DNA of 64,000 nt. Source: a virus. The notes below the pieces were generated by a model. It made no database searches. It had not been told where the DNA came from and saw only the letters and a list, made by a program, of their open reading frames with translations. Positions 37,646 through 46,594 of the stretch are shown here, piece by piece; within the stretch, counting starts at the first letter, position 1; every line of letters starts with the position of its first letter. The DNA is taken from positions 64,001 to 128,000 of IMG/VR virus record IMGVR_UViG_3300032242_000488. One strand, written 5' to 3'. The position numbers and the translations under genes are program-made.

Positions 37646-38066
37646 AAACGGATTAGTTGGTAGTACTGTCAGTTCGTCAACCTACGGAGCAGTGCCTCCG
37701 CAGTTGAGCGGACAGGTTTATACAACTGCTACAGGAACATCTGGACAATTTTTGACAGCAGGTTCCGGTACTAGTACCACTGCGATATGGACTACTGGTA
37801 CTACTACCACTCCTTACGATGCTGTAATGACTGTTAATCAAACCAAACCGGCTACTATAGAAGTTAAAGGTAATATGGTTATTAACGGGCGAGATTTAGA
37901 AGAACGGTTAGACACAATTGAAAAAGTCTTGCAAATTCCAGAAAGAGATGTTAAACTAGAAAAGAAGCACCCTAAGTTAAAGAAACTGTATGATGAATAT
38001 ATTCATGCATTAGGGAAGTATAGAACATTTGATGCACTTAAAGGAGATGACAATGCAACTACATGA
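37611..38066 (+). CDS. S/T/G-rich hypothetical protein
   Basis: Low-complexity N-terminus; 'LEKKHPKLKKLYDEY' C-terminus. Confidence 0.6.
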   Translation: MTTTLKHGNNIKNGLVGSTVSSSTYGAVPPQLSGQVYTTATGTSGQFLTAGSGTSTTAIWTTGTTTTPYDAVMTVNQTKPATIEVKGNMVINGRDLEERLDTIEKVLQIPERDVKLEKKHPKLKKLYDEYIHALGKYRTFDALKGDDNATT

Positions 38067-38283
38067 ATCAGTTAGAGATAGCTACAAAGAAATTATTGTT
38101 AAAGAAAATGACGGTTTTCGAGTACGCATGGAAAAACACGAAGTACTAAGTCCAAAAGGATTGTTTAGTCTTAACATTGTTCAAGAAAATTTAAAAGACG
38201 GTGAAGTTGTAGATAGTCAAACCTATAACTTCTTTATGACCAAAGAAGAATTACAAAGTCTTGCACAGGGTTTAACTGCATGA
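38053..38283 (+). CDS. Hypothetical protein
   Basis: AGGAG SD. Confidence 0.6.
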   Translation: MQLHESVRDSYKEIIVKENDGFRVRMEKHEVLSPKGLFSLNIVQENLKDGEVVDSQTYNFFMTKEELQSLAQGLTA

Positions 38284-38789
38284 AAAAAATTTACTACAGT
38301 TGGAAAGACGTCGAGGGTGCTTGTTTAGATATTGCTAGACAAGTCATTGCTAGCCAATGGCGGCCTGACTATATTGTAGGCATTACTCGCGGTGGTGCAA
38401 TTCCCGCAGTAATGTTAAGTCAGTTTTTTGGTGTTCCTATGCGTCCATTACAAGTTAGTCTACGCGATGGCGGGGATTGCACTAGCGATCTAGGTATGGC
38501 TGAAGATGCATTTGGTCATGAAGAAGATCCTAAAAATATCCTCATTGTAGACGATATTAATGACCAAGGATCGACTATTGCTTGGATTAAACAAGATTGG
38601 CCAAGTGGTTGTTTTCCTGATCACAATCAATGGACAAAGACATGGGGACATAATGTTCGATTTGCTACTTTGACAAATAATATGGCCAGTAAAGAAACTG
38701 TTGACTATAGCGTTTGGGAAGTTAACAAAGCAGAAGAAGATTGTTGGTTAGTTTATCCGTGGGAAGAGTTTTGGCGCAATGACAACTGA
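38280..38789 (+). CDS. Type I purine phosphoribosyltransferase (Gpt-like)
   Basis: 'IVGITRGG', PRPP loop 'LIVDDINDQGST', C-terminal 'W.VYPWE'. Confidence 0.85.
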   Translation: MKKIYYSWKDVEGACLDIARQVIASQWRPDYIVGITRGGAIPAVMLSQFFGVPMRPLQVSLRDGGDCTSDLGMAEDAFGHEEDPKNILIVDDINDQGSTIAWIKQDWPSGCFPDHNQWTKTWGHNVRFATLTNNMASKETVDYSVWEVNKAEEDCWLVYPWEEFWRNDN

Positions 38790-39150
38790 TATTGAAAGGG
38801 CACTTGATGAAAAACGAGCACCGTGGACAGGTATCGAATACCGAACCAAAGACTATTGGGTCTTCCGAGATGCATACCCAGTTACGGAAGGACATCTGTT
38901 ATTTGTGCCTACCAAAGAAGACTGGGACCATCTTTGGGACTGCTACAAAGCCGCATACAAATTCGGTTACATGGGAGTCGAATCGGGCAGGTGGGACGCT
39001 TTTAATGTCGGACAGAACATTGGCGAGGCTGCTGGACAAACAGTAATGTATCCGCATATACACATGATTCCTAGACGCAACGGTGATATGGAAGATCCAC
39101 GTGGAGGAGTTAGACATGTTATTCCAGAAAAAGGAAACTATAAGAAATGA
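38779..39150 (+). CDS. HIT family nucleotide hydrolase
   Basis: 'D.YPVTEGHLLFVP', 'AGQTVMYPHIHMIPR..GD'. Confidence 0.85.
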   Translation: MTTDIERALDEKRAPWTGIEYRTKDYWVFRDAYPVTEGHLLFVPTKEDWDHLWDCYKAAYKFGYMGVESGRWDAFNVGQNIGEAAGQTVMYPHIHMIPRRNGDMEDPRGGVRHVIPEKGNYKK

Positions 39151-39326
39151 GTAAATGCACTTGCGGACGTACTATCAATCAACCCTGGTGTGATGGCAGT
39201 CACACTTTAACAGAAGCACAATATCAAGAACGCTGTAGAGAAATCGAACTAGATGAATACAAAAGACAAGCTCAGGAATTATGGAACGACTCATGCACAA
39301 GCGTTAGATCCAATGACAGTAAATGA
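39147..39326 (+). CDS. CDGSH-type iron-sulfur protein (59 aa, not in ORF track)
   Basis: MSKCTCGRTINQPWCDGSH. Confidence 0.75.
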   Translation: MSKCTCGRTINQPWCDGSHTLTEAQYQERCREIELDEYKRQAQELWNDSCTSVRSNDSK

Positions 39327-39519
39327 ATATGACGTTTGTATCAACTGGGACAATCAAAACGGTTTTTGGTGGAACGAGACTTGTGCGCTAGTATTAGAAG
39401 TTTTTGGGTTGCCTGGAAATAGATATGAATCTCATCCAGACACAGACTGTATGCTGTTTACATTTAAATCAAAAAAGGATGCAGACTTATGCAAGATACT
39501 GTTAAGCGAAAGATTGTAA
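39313..39519 (+). CDS. Hypothetical protein
   Basis: 'VFGLPGNRY' ORF; start reassigned to avoid a long overlap. Confidence 0.55.
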   Translation: MTVNEYDVCINWDNQNGFWWNETCALVLEVFGLPGNRYESHPDTDCMLFTFKSKKDADLCKILLSERL

Positions 39520-39695
39520 ACATTGTTATTGTCTTATTTGTCATATTCAGCTTACCAATAGTTTGGCTATTTGCGCCAAGGCATAAACAAGGCGAGATTA
39601 TTCGGATTGACTGCACCTGGAGTGAGATTAGTCCAGACTTTAGTATAGAAATAAAAGAAGCATGCCGCAAAGCTCGCATGGCAAATTCCAAATGA
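39489..39695 (+). CDS. Small membrane-anchored protein
   Basis: TM helix then 'DC...EISPDF....K..CR'. Confidence 0.55.
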   Translation: MQDTVKRKIVNIVIVLFVIFSLPIVWLFAPRHKQGEIIRIDCTWSEISPDFSIEIKEACRKARMANSK

Positions 39696-39994
39696 TAAAA
39701 TTTAATCTTAGTTTTTTAAATCCGTTCAAACACGAAAACTTTATTGGCTTATACAATTGGCACGGCGCAATTAGTAAAAATAAATCTTGGGAAGTAGAAT
39801 TGTACTACTATGCTCGCGAATGGTTTATTTTTACTGTAGATCTATCTTGGACAGGGTGCAGTCATGCAGGACCACGCATCGAATTTGGTTTGTTTGGATA
39901 CAATATAAGTGGCAACATTCATGACAACAGACACTGGGATTATGAAAATAAATGTTGGGAAACAGTTGACAACGACCTAAATAAAGTAGTATAA
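39692..39994 (+). CDS. Hypothetical protein
   Basis: ATGA-coupled; Trp-rich. Confidence 0.55.
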   Translation: MIKFNLSFLNPFKHENFIGLYNWHGAISKNKSWEVELYYYAREWFIFTVDLSWTGCSHAGPRIEFGLFGYNISGNIHDNRHWDYENKCWETVDNDLNKVV

Positions 39995-39995
39995 T
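39966..39995 (+). promoter_or_regulatory. Sigma70-type promoter (TTGACA-N18-TATAAT) with an embedded TAAATA
   Basis: Upstream of folE. Confidence 0.55.
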
Positions 39996-40034
39996 AACAC
40001 AAAGACATCCACGTCATTAACTCGGAGAATAAAA

Positions 40035-40781
40035 TTGACAGATAAAAAAGAAACAGGTTTAGACGCCATGTACGGCGATAGCGGATATCAAGAAGGCACA
40101 GCACATAACTATTTAGGTTTTGTAATGAAACGTAATGGTAAAAGATTTTGGGCCGGAGACAACATCAGTGAATACATTGATGACAAAATGAAAGAAGACT
40201 TAATCAACGAAACAACTCTAGCATTTGAAAAAGTGTTAGATTGTTTACTAATAGATCGAGAAAACGATCCCAATAGTAAAGGTACTGCTAGACGACTAGC
40301 TAAAATGTATTTTAACGAAGTAATGGCAGGACGTTATGACCCGGCACCAGATGCGACAGCTTTTCCAAATGATAGTGAAGATAGGTATGAGGGTATGTTG
40401 GTGGTTAGGAGTGAGCTTCGTAGCATGTGTAGCCATCATCACCAGCCTGTTTCTGGTGTTGCGTATATTGGGATCATCGCCGCCCAAAAACTCATTGGAT
40501 TGTCCAAGTACACACGTATTGCCCAATGGTGTAGTCGTAGAGGAACCCTCCAGGAAGAATTGTGTAATGACATAGCACGAGAAATACAAAAAGCTACAGG
40601 ATCAGAAAATGTAGCAGTCTATGTTCAAGCAGTTCACGGATGTTGTGAAAATCGCGGTATTATGGCACATAGTTCATTAACACAGACTACAGTTTTAAAA
40701 GGGGCATTTAACACTGACCCGCATACAAAGAAAGAGTTTTTTGATAACATTAAACTTCAACAAGAATTTGCACCAAGATAA
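40035..40781 (+). CDS. folE: GTP cyclohydrolase I
   Basis: 'SMCSHHH', 'GLSK..R', 'LQE', 'HGC...RG'. Confidence 0.93.
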   Translation: MTDKKETGLDAMYGDSGYQEGTAHNYLGFVMKRNGKRFWAGDNISEYIDDKMKEDLINETTLAFEKVLDCLLIDRENDPNSKGTARRLAKMYFNEVMAGRYDPAPDATAFPNDSEDRYEGMLVVRSELRSMCSHHHQPVSGVAYIGIIAAQKLIGLSKYTRIAQWCSRRGTLQEELCNDIAREIQKATGSENVAVYVQAVHGCCENRGIMAHSSLTQTTVLKGAFNTDPHTKKEFFDNIKLQQEFAPR

Positions 40782-40791
40782 GGAGACCTAA

Positions 40792-40983
40792 ATGTCAAAA
40801 CTAGCAAAACTAGCAAAAGTAAATGAAAATATTTCTATCAATCGTTACGATAACGGTTGGATGGTAGAAATTGGTGGACGAGATAAAAAAGAAGATTGGA
40901 AAACTACCAAAACTCTTTGCAACTCCGAAGAAGAAGTCATTGCTCTTATTAAAGAGTGGAACACATTACCCCTAGACGTTTAA
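40792..40983 (+). CDS. Hypothetical protein
   Basis: AGGAG SD; 63 aa. Confidence 0.6.
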   Translation: MSKLAKLAKVNENISINRYDNGWMVEIGGRDKKEDWKTTKTLCNSEEEVIALIKEWNTLPLDV

Positions 40984-40993
40984 GGAGAAAAAC

Positions 40994-41497
40994 ATGGCAA
41001 CATGGACCGTTAGCACACATTATAAAAAATCTTGCCAGGAAGTTGAACATTGGGTTCGACGTGAAGGCGAAGGCAAACTTACAGTCACTAACGGTTTCCG
41101 TTATGGCGAGTGGACTGTAGAAACTACAGACGACAATCCTCCAGAGTTTGAATTTACAAAAATTCCCGGCGGTGATGGTCGTAAAGACAGTATCAATATG
41201 CTAGATTGCGAAATTAACAATATTGAAAGTGTCGAGCTAGTTGAAATGTTTGATGGCGGTTGCTGGTTTGATACTGAGTTTGAAGATGTCACTGAAGAAG
41301 AACGAGCAGAGTTAGAAGACTTTATCGAAGAAAACAGCGTCTATGAATTAGAAGATCGCGAAGACGATAGTTGGTACAACGATGATACCGAATGGTGGAT
41401 TTGGGGTCCTATCGAAATTAAGAACGAAGCCGGAGAAACTGTACGTATTATCTGTGCAGACGAAGACGGCAATGTTGTCGACTTTAAGGACGAATAA
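40994..41497 (+). CDS. Acidic hypothetical protein
   Basis: AAGGAG SD; D/E-rich; resembles the 41636 ORF. Confidence 0.65.
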   Translation: MATWTVSTHYKKSCQEVEHWVRREGEGKLTVTNGFRYGEWTVETTDDNPPEFEFTKIPGGDGRKDSINMLDCEINNIESVELVEMFDGGCWFDTEFEDVTEEERAELEDFIEENSVYELEDREDDSWYNDDTEWWIWGPIEIKNEAGETVRIICADEDGNVVDFKDE

Positions 41498-41646
41498 TGG
41501 GAAGCGGTGATAAGTTCAGTATTGGAATTGTTAAAGGTTTTGGCCTAGCAATTTTTGTTGATAAATTTCCCCACGCTTTATCAATTACATTGATCGTCGG
41601 TTGGTTTCAAATTTATATGGGTTTTGGAAAGGGATATGATGAGTAA
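41497..41646 (+). CDS. Small hydrophobic protein (49 aa, not in ORF track)
   Basis: MGSGDKFSIGIVKGFGLAIF...GKGYDE; TAATG coupling. Confidence 0.5.
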   Translation: MGSGDKFSIGIVKGFGLAIFVDKFPHALSITLIVGWFQIYMGFGKGYDE

Positions 41647-42208
41647 AGTATATCTAATCAAACCCTTACATAAAAAAAGCATTTGCTGGCACATTGAAAT
41701 GTTCCGCGACAATGCGGACGGCAGTATCAGTTGGTTTAACATCGATGATCACTATCGCTGGGGGCAAGGCTTTGTAGAAGAAGATATGGATTGTAATCTG
41801 CCTCTAGAAGGTGATCTGCAAGCTCATGCTAAAATGGACTGCGGATGGGGTGCAGAACTAGACGACCAACACGCTTGCTGGTTTGAATTTAGTGATGACA
41901 TTACTGAAGAAGAACAAGAACGTATCAAAAAATGTTACCTAGAAGGTGATGGCGATCTCGAGTGGGAACGTGCTGGTGCGGCATGGTTATACGAAGGCAA
42001 TCACGAATGGCAGTTTGAAGATGACTATCTAGTTATCGATGCTCCGTATCAAGTTAGTCTTTGCGAAGAAGATGGCACAGTCATCGAGGAAAACGTTAAA
42101 CTACGCACTAGAGAAGAACTTGCAGAAGCCGCTAAAAAGTGGCAAGAATCTAATACTAACAAATGGCCTTTTGATGTTGTTGAAAGCGAAGGCGGGGAGA
42201 CAGACTAA
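41636..42208 (+). CDS. Acidic hypothetical protein
   Basis: D/E/W-rich; likely distant paralogue of 40994. Confidence 0.6.
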   Translation: MMSKVYLIKPLHKKSICWHIEMFRDNADGSISWFNIDDHYRWGQGFVEEDMDCNLPLEGDLQAHAKMDCGWGAELDDQHACWFEFSDDITEEEQERIKKCYLEGDGDLEWERAGAAWLYEGNHEWQFEDDYLVIDAPYQVSLCEEDGTVIEENVKLRTREELAEAAKKWQESNTNKWPFDVVESEGGETD

Positions 42209-42423
42209 TGAACTCAGTAGATATGGCAAATAATCTTATACATCGGGCAAAGAACTTACAAGAGTTCGTTGTTGAAACCGATGTCCCGGACGATTTTCGA
42301 TTTAATGGCGTAATACCATTTGACATGCAGATTAAAGATAGTATAATAACAGCTAAAGTAATAGCACTCGACTTCAATGAAGCTGTTACACAACTTGATA
42401 ACTTTTTAGAAAGCTGTAAATGA
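42208..42423 (+). CDS. Hypothetical protein
   Basis: Coupled 71-aa ORF. Confidence 0.6.
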   Translation: MNSVDMANNLIHRAKNLQEFVVETDVPDDFRFNGVIPFDMQIKDSIITAKVIALDFNEAVTQLDNFLESCK

Positions 42424-42593
42424 ATCCGCAACACCTATACACAATCCGATGGACACAACCCTATGCCACTTACCAAATGCGCCCATATCTTCGTCAACTT
42501 CGTGAAGATTACGAAGTTCAGATTGAAAATAAGTTGGCTAGTGATAAGTTTGATGATGCAAAAGCAGTCTTAGAAAGAATTATGAAATTATGA
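42420..42593 (+). CDS. Hypothetical protein (57 aa, not in ORF track)
   Basis: ATGA overlaps at both ends. Confidence 0.55.
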   Translation: MNPQHLYTIRWTQPYATYQMRPYLRQLREDYEVQIENKLASDKFDDAKAVLERIMKL

Positions 42594-42880
42594 ACTGGTT
42601 AAAACTTAAATTTCGAGATTGGATAAACAGCGCACAAGACATATATGAAACGTCCAGTCGACAAAATCGACTAGTTAGTAGTGCTGAAGAAAAAACTATT
42701 AATGATGATCCTGTATTAAATTTTAAAGTTTATTCAGCAGTGGGTGGTAAGGTTGTAGAGTTTAGACGTTATGATCGCAAGAGTGATCGTAACGATAGTA
42801 CTACATACATTATTACAAATGATCAAGACTTTGGTGAACGTATTGCAAAAATTGCTACAATGGAAAATTTAAAAGCATGA
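42590..42880 (+). CDS. Hypothetical protein
   Basis: Coupled 96-aa ORF. Confidence 0.6.
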   Translation: MNWLKLKFRDWINSAQDIYETSSRQNRLVSSAEEKTINDDPVLNFKVYSAVGGKVVEFRRYDRKSDRNDSTTYIITNDQDFGERIAKIATMENLKA

Positions 42881-43302
42881 AGATAGAAACACCTGCCGAA
42901 GGCATACTAAAAACACGTAGTTGGGGTGATGCAAAAGTATACAAAATTGTCTGCGAATGTGGGCAACCTGATCACGATCACGATGTGTGGATAGAAGCCG
43001 ATGAAACAGGTGTCAATGTTCAAATATTTGTAACTACTAAAAGTGACTGCTGGTCTGAGGCTATAAAACCTAAATATGATATCGATAATATTTGGTTACA
43101 AGAGTTTGAGTGGTTTTGGAAAAGTCTCATAAACAGTCTTTGGAGAAAGTTAAAGTTAACTTGGACACTATGGACTAAAGGTTATATTAAAACTGAAACA
43201 ACTATTAGTATGACTGAACAACAAAGTTTGAACTATGCAGAAGCATTAAAATCTGCTATAATAGATGTAAAGGAATTTAGGAAAAAAGATGAGCAAAATT
43301 AA
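42877..43302 (+). CDS. Hypothetical protein
   Basis: CECG..DH.H putative metal site. Confidence 0.6.
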   Translation: MKIETPAEGILKTRSWGDAKVYKIVCECGQPDHDHDVWIEADETGVNVQIFVTTKSDCWSEAIKPKYDIDNIWLQEFEWFWKSLINSLWRKLKLTWTLWTKGYIKTETTISMTEQQSLNYAEALKSAIIDVKEFRKKDEQN

Positions 43303-44146
43303 AATAGCAGAATTATTTTATAGCGTACAAGGTGAAGGACGGTACATGGGTGTGCCGTCTGTTTTCTTGCGTACATTTGGTTGTAACTTTAAATGTGCAG
43401 GCTTTGGTATGCCACGTGGCGAATTAAGTACTGAAGTTGAATCGATAGCAAATAAAATTTCAGAATTTAAAAATTACAAAGAACTTCCACTTGTTAGCAC
43501 AGGTTGTGATAGTTATGCTAGTTGGGATCCTCGTTTTAAAGAACTTAGTGCAATGCTTTCAAGTGATGCTATTGCCGATGGTATTATGGACATGTTACCC
43601 TACGAGGGGTGGCGGGACGAGCATTTAGTTATTACAGGTGGAGAGCCACTGCTGGGGTGGCAACGTGCTTATCCAGACTTGCTAGAAAATCCTAAGATGA
43701 CGGGTTTGAAAGAGATTACATTTGAAACAAATGGTACCCAAAAACTTACTTCAGAATTTAAAGAATATTTAAAATTTGGTTGGCTTAAAGCAGGGTATAG
43801 GCCGGACAGAGAAATTACATTTAGTGTGAGTGCTAAACTTCCATGTAGTGGTGAAAAGTGGGAAGAAGCTATTCTTCCGGAAGTAGTTTGCGAGTATGAA
43901 GAAGTTGGTACAGCCTACTTAAAGTTTGTTATTGCTACAGAACAAGATTTTGCAGATGCAGAATGTGCTATTGCGGCTTATCGTAAACAAGGATTCAAAG
44001 GACATGTATACTTAATGCCAGTGGGCGGTGTTGAAAGTGTCTACGCAATGAATAATAAGAATGTAGCAATACTAGCAATGAAAAACGGATTACGATATAG
44101 TGATAGACTACAAGTACCACTATTTAAAAATGAATGGGGAACCTAA
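43289..44146 (+). CDS. queE: 7-carboxy-7-deazaguanine synthase (radical SAM)
   Basis: 'E.FYSVQGEG...G.PSVFLR..GCNFKC', displaced third Cys 'GCDS', 'TGGEPL', 'ETNGT'. Confidence 0.88.
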   Translation: MSKIKIAELFYSVQGEGRYMGVPSVFLRTFGCNFKCAGFGMPRGELSTEVESIANKISEFKNYKELPLVSTGCDSYASWDPRFKELSAMLSSDAIADGIMDMLPYEGWRDEHLVITGGEPLLGWQRAYPDLLENPKMTGLKEITFETNGTQKLTSEFKEYLKFGWLKAGYRPDREITFSVSAKLPCSGEKWEEAILPEVVCEYEEVGTAYLKFVIATEQDFADAECAIAAYRKQGFKGHVYLMPVGGVESVYAMNNKNVAILAMKNGLRYSDRLQVPLFKNEWGT

Positions 44147-44598
44147 TGAATAAATGGATTGAAAAGTTGTTTGGCATTGATAAAATTAAAGCCAGAACAG
44201 AAGCCGCATTAAAACAAGCAGAAGAATCAATAGAGATGGCAAATAAAGCGGCAACTGCCGCAGAAGCCGCACAGAAAGCAGAAGAGCTTGCTAAAGCTAC
44301 TCCAAAAGAACGTGCTACTGCCAAAGGTGAACCGTATGTGGCTGTATTAGATACCAAAGTAAATCCAGATAATGTGCGTAATGGATTTTTTGAGCTTGAC
44401 TGGAACGACCTTTTTGTGTTACAATTGAAACAAGCTGGTTACGGATTTGACGGAGATGCTGACGAAGAAATTGTAGATCGTTGGTTCAGAGGTCTCTGCA
44501 AAGATGTAGCCAATGAAGAAGGTGTTGATATGACTGACCGAGGTGCTGGTTATATTAATGTTCGTAAGTTAACCGAAGGTAAAAGCGAAGTTTCATGA
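44146..44598 (+). CDS. Hypothetical protein
   Basis: Coiled coil plus 'GFFELDWN' domain. Confidence 0.65.
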   Translation: MNKWIEKLFGIDKIKARTEAALKQAEESIEMANKAATAAEAAQKAEELAKATPKERATAKGEPYVAVLDTKVNPDNVRNGFFELDWNDLFVLQLKQAGYGFDGDADEEIVDRWFRGLCKDVANEEGVDMTDRGAGYINVRKLTEGKSEVS

Positions 44599-45560
44599 CA
44601 TATATTCTAGTAGATACTGCTAACACATTCTTCCGTGCCCGTCACGTCATCAAAGGTGACGCTGACACTAAGCTAGGCATGGCATTCCATATTACACTTA
44701 ACAGTATCCGCAAGGCTTGGCAAGACTTTAATGGTAGTCATGTGGTCTTCTGTCTCGAAGGTAGAAGCTGGCGTAAGGACTATTATAAGCCCTATAAAGC
44801 TCAACGTGCAGAAGCTAGAGCCGCTAAAACAGTAAAAGAACAAGAAGAAGAAACCCTATTTTGGGAATCATTTGATCAGTTTAAAGAATTTGTTACTACT
44901 AAGACTAACTGCACAGTATTACAACATCAGCAATTAGAAGCAGATGATTTGATTGCCGGTTGGATACAAAGTCATCCAAATGACGATCATGTGATCATTT
45001 CGACAGATACAGATTTTGTGCAACTTATTGCTCCGAACGTAAAACAATACAACGGAGTAATGGAAACTACAATTACACACGAAGGCATCTTTGACAAAAA
45101 AGGCAAACGTGTAATTGACAATAAAACTAAAGCAGAAAAGGCTATTCCAGATCCGCAGTGGTTATTATTTGAAAAATGCATCCGCGGTGACACTAGCGAT
45201 AACGTGTTTAGTGCATATCCTAAGGTTCGTAAGAATAAATTAGAAGAAGCATTTAACGATAGAAATAACAAGGGGTTCGCGTGGAACAATCTCATGCTCC
45301 AACGTTGGGTCGACCATAACGGTGCAGAACATCGTGTACTAGAAGACTACGAACGTAATCGTCAACTTATTGATCTTACACAACAACCCGAAGATATTCG
45401 TAATATTATTAAAGAAACAATCTCTACTAATGCTGTTACTAAAGATGTAACACAAGTTGGTATTAGATTATTAAAATTTGCTCAACTATATGACCTACAG
45501 AAAATTTCTGATCAGGCAGATAGTTATGCTAAACCTCTAAATGCAAGGTACATAAAATGA
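44595..45560 (+). CDS. rnh: 5'-3' exonuclease / RNase H (T4 Rnh, FEN-like)
   Basis: 'WRKDYY..YK..R', 'EADD', 'STDTDF.QL', 'GD.SDN'. Confidence 0.88.
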   Translation: MTYILVDTANTFFRARHVIKGDADTKLGMAFHITLNSIRKAWQDFNGSHVVFCLEGRSWRKDYYKPYKAQRAEARAAKTVKEQEEETLFWESFDQFKEFVTTKTNCTVLQHQQLEADDLIAGWIQSHPNDDHVIISTDTDFVQLIAPNVKQYNGVMETTITHEGIFDKKGKRVIDNKTKAEKAIPDPQWLLFEKCIRGDTSDNVFSAYPKVRKNKLEEAFNDRNNKGFAWNNLMLQRWVDHNGAEHRVLEDYERNRQLIDLTQQPEDIRNIIKETISTNAVTKDVTQVGIRLLKFAQLYDLQKISDQADSYAKPLNARYIK

Positions 45561-46033
45561 CAGAGATACATGCAAAACCCGTAGTTGATGGAAAATTTTG
45601 GATTGTTGAACAAGACGAAAATAAAGTTGGTGTTCTAAAACTTACTGAGCAAAAGAAATTTATTTTTAGTTCAAAAGATACTATTACAGTTTTTGATAAT
45701 AAAAAGAAATTGTTTGAAACTTTTGGATCTAATTTCTTTGTAGCAAAAAAGAAATACGAAGAAATCGCAGACGTAGATAGAGAGGTGCACGGCTATCCGT
45801 CTAGTAGTGTTCCGTACAATCCCATGTACGATGTAAAGAAACATTTACCCTTGTTTACAAAGAGTAACAAATCAAAATCAGTTTATTGTGCAGGTTATTA
45901 TATTATTAAATTTGATAAAGGATGGGTAAAGAGTTTTTGTCCTAAACTTATCACAGTTGAGCGTTATCAATATGAAGGTCCATTTAAAACTGAAATGGAA
46001 ATGAAGCATAGGTTAAACAATGCAAACAGATAA
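45557..46033 (+). CDS. Hypothetical protein
   Basis: 158-aa coupled ORF. Confidence 0.65.
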   Translation: MTEIHAKPVVDGKFWIVEQDENKVGVLKLTEQKKFIFSSKDTITVFDNKKKLFETFGSNFFVAKKKYEEIADVDREVHGYPSSSVPYNPMYDVKKHLPLFTKSNKSKSVYCAGYYIIKFDKGWVKSFCPKLITVERYQYEGPFKTEMEMKHRLNNANR

Positions 46034-46262
46034 AATCAATACTACAATATTGACACAATTTATGAATCAGGTCAAAGCGGCTGATACTGCTAATCAACGA
46101 GAAATTAGATTAGACATTGCCACTGCTAAAAATATACATCATACACTTGCATTGGTAATGACTAGACTAGCCGGTAATTATGAAGGTCTTATGCAGTCAC
46201 AAAGCAAAGAAGATCCAGTGGTTACTGTACAAATGGATGGCGGAGTTTGGCCGGAAAAGTGA
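46020..46262 (+). CDS. Hypothetical protein
   Basis: 80-aa ORF. Confidence 0.6.
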   Translation: MQTDKINTTILTQFMNQVKAADTANQREIRLDIATAKNIHHTLALVMTRLAGNYEGLMQSQSKEDPVVTVQMDGGVWPEK

Positions 46263-46272
46263 TGTAAATGCG

Positions 46273-46308
46273 ATAAATATATACGTAGTTATCTGGAGAT
46301 ACGTATAT
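46273..46308 (+). promoter_or_regulatory. Late promoter ATAAATA overlapping a hairpin that brackets the RBS
   Basis: ATATACGTA(46279-87) / TACGTATAT(46300-08) flank GGAG, 1 nt before the ATG. Confidence 0.5.
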
Positions 46309-46309
46309 C

Positions 46310-46594
46310 ATGAGTCGACCTAAACCAAATGTAGTACTTGAAAGCGTTAATAAAAAAACGTATAAGAGTGATCAAATCCTAGAAGCGGAAGCTATTTGGG
46401 CAGTTTTCTATTTAGGAAAACCTTTTAACTTAAAAAGTCAAAACAGTCTAAGTGGTTATCCAGGTAGCAAGTATAAAAAAGTCAGTTTTTCAAATCCTGG
46501 CCATGCACATAATCTTGCTAAAAAATTAAACACTTTATTCAACAGCAAAGACTTTGCTGTCTATAAATTAACAACAGGCGAAGAAATAAAGTGA
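46310..46594 (+). CDS. Hypothetical protein (MSRPKP N-terminus)
   Basis: Basic 94-aa ORF. Confidence 0.65.
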   Translation: MSRPKPNVVLESVNKKTYKSDQILEAEAIWAVFYLGKPFNLKSQNSLSGYPGSKYKKVSFSNPGHAHNLAKKLNTLFNSKDFAVYKLTTGEEIK

